From positions 19,654,001 through 19,718,000 of the forward strand of contig NC_043006.1 in the NCBI RefSeq assembly GCF_006345805.1: a stretch of DNA of 64,000 bases, written 5' to 3'. The first letter of the stretch is position 1, and every line of letters begins with the position of its first letter. Source of the DNA: Octopus sinensis (Eukaryota). The notes below the pieces were generated by a model, which had not been told where the DNA came from, did not search any database, and worked only from the letters and a program-made list of their open reading frames with translations. Below, piece after piece: positions 1-12,248 of the stretch. The translations under genes and the position numbers were made by a program.

Positions 1-527
1 GATACACCAAATATTGATCACGCCATCCTTCATCTCCTACAATATTTCATATATCAGTCTTAGTGAATTCTTACCTTTCTTAAATTTTTTTTTTGATCAT
101 TTAGAAATAGAGATTCAAAAACATTCGTTGACTGATTCTAAAACGACTGACCGGCATGCTATCAGTAGGTTTTTTTTTTTAAATATTCGCTTCATTTCGT
201 AAAGTTTAACAATAAAATATTTTACTGCAATGTTATTATCATTCCAAATATGCTTGATGCAAGTTCGAACTGGGGAACAAGCTATTTACCACGGAAAATA
301 TATCTCGCTTGTTGACAAAGGAAATATTTATTGACCTAACATTCCCTGGCAAATACAGTTTATAGGGTTTTGAAAACTGGTCATTAGAAGGTTTGTTCCT
401 AAGCTACAACTCTAACGAATATAAATATGGCTGTTATTTATCCATCCATCCATCCGTCTATCCACCCATCCATCCGTTTACATACACATCCATAGGTACG
501 TTCTTTTAATTCTTATAAGCCGGGGGT

Positions 528-900
528 GGAGGCGCAATGGCCCAGTGGTTGGGGCAGCGGACTCGCAGTCATAGGATCGCGGTTTCGATTCCCAGACCGG
601 GCGTTGTGAGTGTTTATTGAGCGAAAACACCTAAAAGCTCCGGCAGGGGATGGTGGTGATCCCTGCTGTACTCTTTCACCACAACTTTCTCTGACTCTTT
701 CTTCCTGTTTCTGTTGTACCTGTATTTCAAAGGGCCGGCCTTGTCACTCTCTGTGTCACGCTGAATATCCCCGAGAACTACGTTAAGGGTACACATGTCT
801 GTGGAGTGCTCAGCCTCTTACACGTTAATTTCACGAGCAGGCTGTTCCGTTGATTCGGATCAACCGGAACCCTCGTTGTCGTAACCGACGGAGTGCTTCC
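528..900 (+). mobile_element. tRNA-derived SINE (family T)
   Basis: Head has Pol III A box TGGCCCAGTGG and B box GGTTTCGATTCC. Near-identical heads at 7085, 23937, 51948 (+) and ~41890, 53731 (-). Confidence 0.85.
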
Positions 901-1215
901 AAAAAAAAAATTAATAAGCCGGGGATAACACTAAGATTAAATTGTAGATACGTACTAAGGGACATAACTCAACAAGTTATTGTAAAGTAATTTCCCCTTC
1001 TAAACTTTATTGACCTTAGTGTTTCATATAATTTTGTAAATTCTTTTTGTGTACTGTGTTGGACTATGGCCATGCTGGAGCACCACCTTTAGGGAAGTTT
1101 TGTCAATTATCCTAGCCTTTTATTTCTCCCTAGCCTACATCGTTGTTTTATATTTTGCGGATTGACAATGCAACATATTTCACGCTAATCTTACTTTGTG
1201 TTGTGTTAAAAATTT

Positions 1216-1252
<37 letters not shown>

Positions 1253-1596
1253 GCATACGTACATGTCTATGTAATATATGTATATATTCCTTACTGGTGA
1301 CGGAAGCAGCATTCGTGCCGAGAAGCAATCCGTATACGTTACTTAACGTGGATATACTAGCAGAAAGCCACAAAACTGTGGTATTCGTCAAGAGAAAGCT
1401 TCCTGTAATAACGTTTAGTGCTAAAAAGCACAGAAGTGTTAGTAATAGACAGAAAATGTCAACACAACCACGGTAAGACAGCCAGGTCACACGACTTCTG
1501 CGTACTCACGCGTCATCGGTTGTTCGTTTATACAATCACTGCATACTTCGAGAAAAAGTCCCTGTATTGAGATGTAGAAAAACAGTGAGTAGTTTT

Positions 1597-1772
1597 GAGA
1601 AAGAAAGAAAGAAAGAAAGAAGTTAAGGAAGGAAGGAAGAATCGAAGAACGGAAGGAAGGAAGGAAGGAAGAAAGGAAGGAAAGAAGGAGGAATACGGAG
1701 AAAGAAGAAGAAAGAAAGGAAAAGAGGAAGGAAGAAAGGAAGGAAGGAAGGAAGGAAGAGAGAAAGAATGAA

Positions 1773-1816
<44 letters not shown>

Positions 1817-3045
1817 GAAAAAGAATGAAAGGAAAAAGAAAGAAAGGAAAAAGGAAGGAACGAACGAACGAATTAACGAACGAAGAACGGAAGGAAGGTA
1901 GAAAGAAAGAAAGAAAAAGGAAGGACGTATGGAAGAAAGAAAGAAAGAAAAAAAGAGGAAGGAAGGAAGGAAGGAAGAGAGAAAGAAAGAAAAAGGAGGG
2001 AAGTACGGAAGAAAGAAAGAAAGAAAGTAAGAAGAAGGAAGAAAGGAAGGAAGGAAGGAAGGAAGAGAGAGAGAGAGAGAGAGAAAGAAAGAAAGGAATG
2101 AAGAAACAAAGAAAGGAGGGAAGAAAGAAAGGAAAAGAGGAAGGAAGAGAGAGAGAGAGAGAGTGAGAGAGAGAAAAAAAGAAAGAAAGGAATGAAGAAA
2201 GAAAGAAAGGAGGGAAGAAAGAAAGGTAGAAAGAAAGGAAGGAAGGAAAGAAGAAAGAACAGAAGAAAGAAAGAAGATATAGAAAGAAAGACAAAAAGGA
2301 ACGAAATGAAAAATAAGAAAGGAAGAAAAAGAAGAAAGAAGGAAGAAGGAAGGAAGAAAAAAAGAAAGAAAGAAAGAAAGGAAGGAAGGAAGGAAAGAAG
2401 GAAGGAAGGAAGAAGGAAAGGAAGAAAGACAACGGAAGAAAGAAAGGAATGAAGAAACAAAGAAAGGAGGGAAGAAAGAAAGGAAAAGAGGAAGGAAGAA
2501 AGGAAGGAAGGAAGGAAGGAAGGAAGAGAGAAAGAATGAAAGAAAGAAAGAAAGGAAAAAGGAAGGAAGGAACGAAGAACGGAAGGAAGGAAGGTAGAAA
2601 GAAAGAAAGAAAAAGGAAGGAAGTACGGAAGAAAGAAAGAAAGAAAGGAAAAGAAGAAGGAAGGAAGGAAGAAAGGAAGGAAGGAAGGAAGAGAGAGAGA
2701 GAGAGAAAAAGAAAGAAAGAGAGAGAGAGAAAGAAAGAAAGGAATGAAGAAAGAAAGAAAGGGGGGAAGAAAGAAAGGTAGAATGAAAGGAAGGAAGGAA
2801 AGAAGAAAGAACAGAAGAAAGAAAGAAAGATAGTAAGAAAGAAAGACAAAAAGGAACGAATGAAAAAACGAAGAAAGGAAGAAAAAAGAAAGAAAGGAAG
2901 GAAGGAAGGAAGGAAGGAAAAAAGAAAGAAAGAAAGAAAGGAAGGAAGGAAAGAAGGAAGGAAGGAAGAAGGAAAGGAAGAAAGACAGAACAGAAGAAAG
3001 AAAGAAAGAAAGAAAGAAAGGAGGGAAGACAGAAAGGAAGGAAGA
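1597..3045. repeat. ~1.45 kb polypurine (GAAA/GGAA/GA)n low-complexity tract
   Basis: Almost exclusively G/A on the + strand, with internally re-duplicated blocks. It accounts for the spurious 475-537 aa F/L/S/P and K/E/R/G ORFs. Confidence 0.95.
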
Positions 3046-3310
3046 ACCACAACCGCTTACACAACATGTGCTTTCGACTGGCTCTGCTTTTTCGCCTCAA
3101 CTTCTTGTTACAGCTTCTTCAACAATTGTGTACCTTACTACGAAGTGGTATTTATTTTCATCTTGTGTCTGAACATTCATCTAGCGTCCTATTGTAGACA
3201 CTTTCCATGCTCTGTATTTTATCTCACACGCATACACCCTTGTTTGTACACACCTACACATTATGTATGCTTGACGGCCTGTCTATTATTATTATTATTA
3301 TTATTACATA

Positions 3311-3822
3311 CTAGCAGTATCGCCCGGCGTTGCTCGGGTTTGTAAGGGAAATAACTATATAAGCACTTTTAGAGAGTTACTTCCCTTATAGATGCCAATT
3401 CGGGCTTTCTTAGCCATTTCTGTTTTGGTGTCTTCAAGCCATGAAGTCGTTGTTCTAAAAGAACGCTGGTCTCCTTGATAACGCATTACGACGTTGATTT
3501 CCTTACACTCCCCTTCCCCACAGCTTCACGAGGGAGGGAAGGGGAGAAGCAAACACAGGTGCAGGTGTTTGAGCGTGGACGCCAACTCCGCCGCCATCGA
3601 CACACGAAAAATTATGCATTAAAATGGAATAAAAAATTATGTTAAATTATTTTTAAAATCGTAGACTCATCGTAGACGCGCGCTAATAGCCAGACGGGCT
3701 CGATATGAATCACGACTATAAGATACCCGGTTTTGGTGGGAGTAGTTAGGAATGTGGGAGTAGTTAGGAATCTAAATCGAAGAGGATAGACACTCACACA
3801 ACTACAGTTTTATATATATAGA
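3311..3822 (-). mobile_element. non-autonomous Helitron
   Basis: Minus strand reads A|TCTATATATATAAAA...CCCGAGCAACGCCGGG (hairpin) CGATACTG CTAG|T: canonical 5'-TC, 3' hairpin + CTAG, inserted between A and T with no TSD. Confidence 0.85.
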
Positions 3823-4245
3823 TGTACTTATGTCGCACACAAAAACACACACTCTGCTAACATCTAAATAAAACCTTTCTCTTAACATTCTAACAGTTCT
3901 TGTCTTTCTGACACTCTTATTCCTTTATCTATTTTTGCTTTTATTGTAAAGCGACCGGACCGTGCGGTGTGTTAAAGGAGTCATTCATTCGTCACTTCTC
4001 CTTTCGCACGGTCATTCTACAAAATAATAAAATAACAGTAATAAACGAGTGAAGAAATTATATAGTGCGTGTGTTTATTTGGCAAAAAGAAATAATTTAT
4101 AACAATAAATAAAATGACCGTCCCGAAATACAACAATATCCGTTTCAACACACGATCACATCAGAAATCTTGCAAAATGAATTGTTTAATATGTAAAATT
4201 GGTATGTCCAATAACGTCACACCGCTGTATATATTGGCTATTTAA

Positions 4246-4466
4246 CCCTTTCGTTACCGTATTTATTTTGAGATGCTCTGTGTTTCTTTCAATTATTTTA
4301 AATATAACAAAGAATTTAGTGAAATAACTTAGCTATCATTCAGCTAGTGTTAGGAATATAAATTGCAACTAAGGTTTGGTGGTATATTTTGATGAAAAAC
4401 TTATGAAAACAAGACATTTGTACTACAGAGCCAGAGCCGGTTTTGGCCGAGTTAGTAACGAAAGGG
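4246..4466. mobile_element. piggyBac-like MITE (family P1)
   Basis: TIRs CCCTTTCGTTAC / GTAACGAAAGGG flanked by TTAA on both sides. Sister copies at 12027-12248 and 25118-25337. Confidence 0.85.
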
Positions 4467-4757
4467 TTAAGCAATGGATGATTAAGGGGTTAGATAGGGG
4501 CTGATGAAGGAGTAAAAACAATCTAAAATATGGCACATAGGCCTATTACCCACTTTTCATCTTCGATCACATCTGACGTCTCGGATACGAAATAGCAAGC
4601 CAAAAAGCAGTGCCGGAAATAATTGCTATAGAATATCAGCAGAGATAACCTTAACAGGGAATATTATTGGTGTAGCAACGTTGGAGTGCTTCTAGTTCTA
4701 ACATTAGCTTAATTCTATGTGTAACAGGCGTGTGCATAGAATGATTCAAAGATCCCT

Positions 4758-4925
4758 TAGGCGTGACTGTGTGGTAAGAAGCTTGCTTCCCAACCACATG
4801 GTTCTGCATTTTGTCCCATGGTGTGGCACCTTGGGCAGGTGTCTTTTACTATAGTCTCAAGCCGACTAAAGCCTTGTGAGTGGATTTGGTAGACGGAAAC
4901 TGAAAGAAGCTCGTTGTACGTATGT
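4758..4925 (+). mobile_element. CORE-type SINE, 5' part (family C)
   Basis: GGCTGTGTGGTAAG..CCAACCACATGGTTC head and TGGCACCTTGGGCAAGT CORE-like motif; more than 10 copies in the window. Confidence 0.75.
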
Positions 4926-5067
4926 GTGTGTGTATATAACACGTGTGTACGTGCGTGTATATATATATATATATATAATATATATATATATATATCATAT
5001 ATATATATATATATATTATATATAATATATATATATATAATATATATATAATATTATATATATATAT

Positions 5068-6951
5068 AATTAATCAATATAGGGTGCCAAAAAAAATTTT
5101 GTAGAATTTTTTTGCCACCAGCGGCCTAGTGGGAAAAATTAAATAGTCATAGACCATTTTTAAGTTCAACATCAACAATCAAGGAACGGCCATAATAGGC
5201 CATTCACCCACTAGAAATAACAGCCAAAGCTTCAACCGCAAATAAAAGTCAATTCCGTAAACAGGAGAAAATTTAAAAAACATTTACCCTGTAATTCTTA
5301 TACGGTGCACCGTTTCGTCTGCTGTTTAATGGTAAACTAACCTGATTAAATTAAATCAAGCCAATCTTCCATAGGCCCTCTGATTCTTCAGTAAGAAATA
5401 GCCACAAGTCGGAACAGATATTTACACGAGGCATTTCCGACCCTGCCAAGTTAATATCTGACCTAAAATTTTCAAATCATCGCACTCGCGCCAAATTTAT
5501 CGGCAGCAAATAATATAAGCCGTCGATTCCATTACGGAATTAACAGAAAATTCATAATTAATCAATATAGGGTGCCAAAAAAAATTTTGTAGAATTTTTT
5601 TGCCACCAGCGGCCTAGTGGGAAAAAATTAAATAGTCATAGACCATTTTTAAGTTCAACATCAACAATCAAGGAACGGCCATAATAGGCCATTCACCCAC
5701 TAGAAATAACAGCCAAAGCTTCAACCGCAAATAAAAGTCAATTCCGTAAACAGGAGAAAATTTAAAAAACATTTACCCTGTAATTTCTTATACGGTGCAC
5801 CGTTTCGTCTGCTGTTTAATGGTAAACTAACCTGATTAAATTAAATCAAGCCAATCTTCCATAGGCCCTCTGATTCTTCAGTAAGAAATAGCCACAAGTC
5901 GGAACAGATATTTACACGAGGCATTTCCGACCTGCCAAGTAATATCTGACCTAAAATTTTCAAATCATCGCACTCGCGCCAAATTTATCGGCAGCAAATA
6001 AATATAAGCCGTCGATTCCATTACGGAATTAACCAGAAAATTCATAATTAATCAATATAGGGTGCCAAAAAAAATTTTGTAGAATTTTTTTTACCACCAG
6101 CGGCCTAGTGGGAAAAAATTAAATAGTCATAGACCATTTTTAAGTTCAACATCAACAATCAAGGAACGGCCATAATAGGCCATTCACCCACTAGAAATAA
6201 CAGCCAAAGCTTCAACCGCAAATAAAAGTCAATTCCGTAAACAGGAGAAAATTTAAAAAACATTTACCCTGTAATTCTTATACGGTGCACCGTTTCGTCT
6301 GCTGTTTAATGGTAAACTAACTGATTAAATTAAATCAAGCCAATCCTCCATAGGCCCTCAGATTCTTCAGTAAGAAATAGCCACAAGTCGGAACAGATAT
6401 TTACACGAGGCATTTCCGACCCTGCCAAGTTAATATCTGACCTAAAATTTTCAAATCATCGCACTCGCGCCAAATTTATCGGCAGCAAATAAATATAAGC
6501 CGTCGATTCCATTACGGAATTAACCAGAAAATTCATAATTAATCAATATAGGGTGCCAAAAAAAATTTTGTAGAATTTTTTTGCCACCAGCGGCCTAGTG
6601 GGAAAAAATTAAATAGTCATAGACCATTTTTAAGTTCAACATCAACAATCAAGGAACGCCATAATAGGCCATTCACCCACTAGAAATAACAGCCAAAGCT
6701 TCAACCGCAAATAAAAGTCAATTCGTAAACAGGAGAAAATTTAAAAAACATTTACCCTGTAATTTCTTATACGGTGCACCGTTTCGTCTGCTGTTTAATG
6801 GTAAACTAACCTGATTAAATTAAATCAAGCCAATCTTCCATAGGCCCTCAGATTCTTCAGTAAGAAATAGCCACAAGTCGGAACAGATATTTACACGAGG
6901 CATTTCCGACCCTGCCAAGTTAATATCTGACCTAAAATTTTCAAATCATCG
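5068..6951. repeat. tandem array of a ~490-bp unit (~3.8 copies)
   Basis: Anchor AGGGTGCC at 5081, 5569, 6059, 6550 (periods 488, 490, 491). Copies differ mainly by 1-bp indels. Flanked by (TA)n on both sides. Confidence 0.95.
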
Positions 6952-7084
6952 TAAACAGGAGAAAATTTAAAAAACATTTACATTTATTTGCGGTTGAAGC
7001 TTTGGCTGTTATTTCTAGTGGGTGAATGGCCTATTATGGCCGTTCCTTGATTGTTGATATATATATATATATATATATGTGTGT

Positions 7085-7390
7085 GGAGGCACAATGGCCC
7101 AGTGGTTAGGGCAGCGGACTCGCGGTCATAGGATCGCAATTTCGATTCCCAGACCGGGCGTTGTGAGTGTTTATTGAGCGAAAACACCTAAAGCTCCACG
7201 AGGCTCTGGCAGGGGGTGGTGGCGATCCCTGTTGTACTCTTTCGCCATAATTTTCTCTCACTCTTTCTTCTGTCGGCCTGCTCGCTTAGCCAGCGGGGTG
7301 GCGTCATTTGAAGGCTAAAACAATGCGAAGCGCATTGTGACCAGCGATGTGTAACACCATCTGATAGCCTGGTCGGTCACGGTGATCACG

Positions 7391-7395
<5 letters not shown>
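7085..7395 (+). mobile_element. tRNA-derived SINE (family T, variant tail)
   Basis: Same head as 528. Tail GCTTAGCCAGCGGGGTGGCGTCA...GATCACGGTGA is shared with the minus-strand copy at ~41585-41890. Confidence 0.85.
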
Positions 7396-7425
<30 letters not shown>

Positions 7426-8384
7426 CACACGTGTGTGTGTAACCTTTATAATACCTTTGTAAACTGGGCTAAATTTAACTGTTTCTCCGTAAATTGAATA
7501 AAATGATTTAAATCAATTTTCAAATCTTATTGTCTTCTCAGACGAGGCATCTACATCAGTTTGACCAATCTCAAAGAAATAAGCAGCCAATATTGATATT
7601 CTCAACAATTAGTCACTACTGAAAAATGGATTTATTAATTTGCATACCGTGTGTGTGTGTCATTGTGTCTGCATTTGTCCCCACCACTGCTTGTCAGCCG
7701 GTGCTGGTGTGTTTACATCCCTGTAACTTAGCGGTTCGCTAAAAAGGGTTCGATAGAATATGTACTAGGCTTTAAAAAAAAGGTAAGTACTGGAGTTGAT
7801 TCATTTGACTAAGTTCTTCAAAGCAGTGCCCCAGTATGGCCACAGTCTAATGACTGTGAAGCTTGGAAAAGATGTGCGTACATGTAGTGACCAAGCATGG
7901 CCACTGTCTAAAGACTGAAAGATGTAAAGCATGTATGTGTGTGTGTGTGAGAGAGAGAGAGAGAAAGAGAGTGTGCACGTACATGTATGCGTGTACGGGT
8001 CTGTAGGTGTGTGTGTGTGTAGACTGGAACAGATATAATAAATTATTAGAGCACTTATATTCAATCTCATTATCACAATCTCATTGACACTATCCCATTG
8101 TCCTGTCGGATTATAACAATCATAAAGACACTGGTCCCAATATATCCCCGTATTATAATGACAATTTCTCATCCCAAAAATTGCATTCCAGATTATAGTA
8201 AAAATCAAATAAACAGTGAAAAGCAAAACAATTTTACTTGTAGCTCCTTACAATTGTATCATAGACAAGTGTGGGGCATAACTTCAGACAAATTTTAGTT
8301 TTATTAGACCTCTTCTTCTTACTAGTTAAAGTGTAGGGAAGCAGTAAGTAAATCAATCAATTCATCGTCTGGAAGCCGTTCAGC

Positions 8385-9198
8385 GATGTGCAACCAAGAG
8401 AATACCCTCCATCAGGCATTTGCCATATTCTGAATGCCTTACTTCCCTGGGCATGGATACATTGAATCTCCAACGTCTGGTGGTTGACTTGTTAACCATC
8501 TTACTAACAATAACTCTGAGCACTTTTTCAAACTCCACCTGTCTAACACCTGTGGATATGTTTACAGAAAGCAGAAAACAGCACAGCTCCCATGACTTTC
8601 GGAAACATTTTTTTACGCAAAGAGTTGCTGAAGTATGGAACAAACTGCCAGCATCAGTTGTTAGTTGTCGGAGCACTGTATCCTTCAAAACTTCCATGCT
8701 TCCTGAGATTGTTAGCCAGTAAGTCATATTCTGAATGCCTTACTTCCCTTGGCATGGATACATTGAAACTCCGACATCTGGCAATTGACTTGGCAGACAC
8801 CCATAAAATTATTAACCATCTTACAAACAATAACTCTGAGCACCTTTTCAAACTCCACCTGTCTAACACCCGTGGACATATTTACAAAGTCAGAAAACAG
8901 CACAGCTCCCATGACTTTCAGAAACATTTTTTCACGCTAAGAGTTGCTGAAGCATGGAACAAACTGCCGGCATCAGTTGTTAGTTGTCGGAGCACTGCAT
9001 CCTTCAAAACTTCCATGCTTTCTGAGATTCGCCAACACTACACCTGATTTTCTCCCCTCCATACACACATAAGCATGTATCTGACTCATACACTGTTCAC
9101 TTCCCAAGCATTTGTACATTACTGCATATGCTTTATACGTACTTTTGACAAGCTGTGGTGCACCTGAGCACTGTATACGATAATTTCATTATCATTAT
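8385..9198 (+). mobile_element. CR1-like LINE 3' end with an internal tandem duplication
   Basis: Translation ..LRHLAIDLADTHKII..SNTRGHIYKVRK..KHFFTLRVAEAWNKLPASVV..SFKTSML matches the CR1 ORF2 C-terminal signature. It is present twice (~8400-8720 and ~8721-9047), followed by a 3' UTR. Confidence 0.85.
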
Positions 9199-9602
9199 TA
9201 TAGTTGATTATAAAGAGGTGTGCATGATTGTATTTGATACAGTTGATACTATACAATTCTCAGTTGATGTATCTGTTCTGATAGTGGGGAGGCATCTATG
9301 TAGTCACTTGGTCTGCTAAGAAAATTCTTTTATTGTTTTATTCTTTTACTTTTTTGCTTGTTTCAGTCATTTGACTGCTGCCATGCTGGAGTTCCACCTT
9401 AAAGGTTTTTTAGCTGAAGAAATCAACCCCAGGACTTATTTTTTGTAAACCTAGTACTTATTCTATCAGTCTCAATAATTCTTTGAGGTGGTGCCTCAGT
9501 ATGGCCACAGTTTAATGACTGAAACAAGTAAAAGATGTATTTTTGCTTTCTTTCTGTTTTCTTCTACCAAATCCATGCAAAAGACTTTAGAAACTAAAAT
9601 AT

Positions 9603-9895
9603 AGGCGCAGGAGTGGCTGTGTGGTAAGTAGCTTGCAAACCAACCACATGGTTCCGGGTTCAGTCCCACTGTGTGGCACCTTGGGCAAGTGTCTTCTGCT
9701 ATAGCCCCGGGCCGACCAATGCCTTGTGAGTGGATTTGGTAGACAGAAACTGAAAGAAGCCTGTCATATATATATATATATGTATGTGTGTTTGTGTGTC
9801 TGTGTTTGTCCCCCTAGCATTGCTTGACAACCGATGCTGGTGTGTTTATGTCCCTGTCACTTAGTGGTTCGGCAAAAGAGACCAATAGAATAAGA
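9603..9895 (+). mobile_element. CORE-type SINE (family C)
   Basis: GGCGCAGGAGTGGCTGTGTGGTAAG head, CORE motif, (TA)/(TG) middle and CTAGCATTGCTTGACAACCGATGCTGG tail. Confidence 0.85.
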
Positions 9896-10339
9896 GAAAA
9901 AGAGAAGACGTTTACTCAAGGTACCATACAATGGGACTGAACCAAAACAAACACATGGCTTGGAAGTGAACTTCTTAAACAAACAGCAATGTCTGCGAAT
10001 CCTAAAAATAGTAACTTTGGATAATGTAGTGCTAGATGCACAATATCTAAACTAAGGATTGGTAATGGTTGGAGCAACTTTGGTCAGAGATTTTTATTTA
10101 TTTTTAATTAATTAACATCGACCTCATTGGCCTGAAAAAGCACGTGAAGGGCAAGGACATTTTGTTCTTATTAGGCCTTATCTTATCTCATAAATCTAAT
10201 CCACTCCTTGAAGCTAGACACTCATGCAGAAACATTACCATATTCCACTGAATGGATCCTGCAATAAAAAGACCATTATATGAGGCAGAAGTTAAGTCTA
10301 TAGACTCAAATTGAAATACGTCAATGAGTGCAAGAAGGG

Positions 10340-11570
10340 CATATGTAAGGAGGGATGGAATTCCAGGAGGCTCATGCTCTGGACGTAGTAATTAGTTTAG
10401 TATCATGAGTGGTTAGGCATAATATGGGTGATGAAGAAAAGAGGGATGTATGAGTCAAGGGAGTATCTGAGAAGAGATGGTATGAAACCAGATGGTCCTA
10501 GAACGAGATGCCATTCGCAACGGCAGTCTGTTCATTCATTGTTCCAGAAGTAGGAGAGTGTTTGTGAGTGATTTCATGCAAAGCAGTCATGTATCCTTCA
10601 TCTAGATGTGGTGTAGGATATCAGAGAGTGTAGTAATTGTGCCCTTCCATGTATAAGAACAGTACTCAATTCTGGATCCCATCTGAGTTTCGTAGAATTA
10701 GCACTTGTTGGCTCTGAAGAGGGCATCTCTTTGAGAAAGACTGTTTGCTGTGCTAAGGTGATGCATTTGCCAGGAGTGATTCTCAATGATAGTGAGGATT
10801 CTAGTTGATACAACTCATCTTCATCATGAGGTGGGATTCAGTAAAGTTTTCTTGAAATTCGTATTGAGTCTTCTGTTGAAGGAAGATGAATCTAGCATGA
10901 TCTCCATTATGTTTGATGCTTTTATTTATGAAGTCAGTGCAGGTTTGGTGAGAGGTGTTCAGGTTGCATTTGGATGACAGTTGTGTGTGAAAAACTAGGG
11001 AAGATTGAAGGTGGTACTATCTGTACTGGAGTGAACATTGTTGGGGGTGACAGCAAACAGGTCATTGATGTATAGAAGGAAGTGTGTGGGAGGACAAAAC
11101 TGTACCCTAGGAAACACAAAGTTGATAGCATGTATATCAGACAGAGCCGCATCAATAGACATTGCAATAACAAGATCTGACAGAAAACCACTGATTAAAG
11201 AGATGAGTGAGGTATAGAACCCATAGGTAGGTAGTTTTGACAGAAGATTCATATACTAGTAATCCATCACAAGCTTTGATGTCGAGAGCAACAACATTGC
11301 TTTCACCAAACTTTCTTAACCCTTTAGCATTCAGATTATTCTGTCAAATATAAAGCTTATGTATTCACACCATGTAAAATTAATCTTGCATCATTTCATG
11401 GCTTTGAGATTTCAATGATGTGATTGTTTATTTTTAAAATGACACAATAAGGTAGCTATGAATGACCATATCTGACTAGTTTGAACATAAAATAGATAGA
11501 ATATTTTGGCCAGATATAGCCGGTTTAAACACTAAAGGGTTAAAGTACTATCCAGGATGCACTCCCCACA
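10340..11570 (-). mobile_element. decayed CR1/Jockey-group LINE reverse transcriptase fragment
   Basis: Minus-strand frames give FGESNVVALDIKA.., LLSKLPTYGF and FLLYINDL (RT motifs) with frameshifts. Interrupted by the MITE at 11320-11539. Confidence 0.7.
11320..11539. mobile_element. piggyBac-like MITE (family P2)
   Basis: TTAA|CCCTTTAG...CTAAAGGG|TTAA. Inverted sister at 39319-39538 and a partial at ~54565-54750. Confidence 0.8.
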
Positions 11571-12026
11571 CAAGCTTCACTCCAAAAGGTGGTATCCATA
11601 TATAGACTCTACAATTCCTATCTCATACCTCCTCACCTCAATCTCAGCAATGACGCCCAGTTACTCTGATTCAAAGTTTTCTTCCCTCATTCCCCTAAAT
11701 ATATCTGCTCCCTATTTTGCTCTATGAAATTCTCAAATCATTAGCATCCCTTTGGCCATATCTCCTCCTGCATTGAGAACTTAATCCCTACTTCTCCCTT
11801 CCCTGTAGTCAATGTCTTCACTGACTTCAACACTCACAACTACTTATGACTCTCGTACTCATCCCTCACTGATGCTGCTGATACAGAAACCAAATCTGCT
11901 ATTTTCTGCTCTTCATACCACCTGGTTTCGTCCCCTTTCTGACATTTCAGACTGACACACAGACACCTGTAAACACATCTCAACACCTAAAGGTTATCCT
12001 ACTATTACCTAATTGTAACAGATTAA

Positions 12027-12248
12027 CCCTTTCGTTACCGTATTTATTTTGAGATGCTCTGTGTCTCTCTCCGTTATTTTAGATATAACTAAGAATTTAG
12101 TAAAATAACTTAGCTATCATTAAGCTAGTGTTAGGAACATTAATTGTGACTAAAGGTTTGGTGGAAGATTTTAATTCAAAACTTATGAAAACAAGACATT
12201 TGTACTACAGAGCCAGAGCCAGTTTCAGGCGGGTTGGTAACAAATGGG
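12027..12248. mobile_element. piggyBac-like MITE (family P1)
   Basis: TTAA TSD; internal sequence closely similar to 4246-4466. Confidence 0.85.

Noticed and set aside
528-605. tRNA gene
   Set aside because: It has A/B boxes but no clean cloverleaf acceptor end, and it continues into a shared SINE body in at least 6 copies.
1206-1490. Hydrophobic 94-aa minus-strand ORF as a membrane-protein exon
   Set aside because: GTG start, runs into a (TG)n repeat, no convincing splice sites or family motif.
1487-3345. Long ORFs (537, 475, 195, 161 aa)
   Set aside because: Translations of the GAAA/GGAA tract; low complexity and no domain.
5068-6951. Tandem 5S rRNA/snRNA/histone repeat
   Set aside because: No 5S, U-snRNA or coding signature is recognisable in the 490-bp unit.
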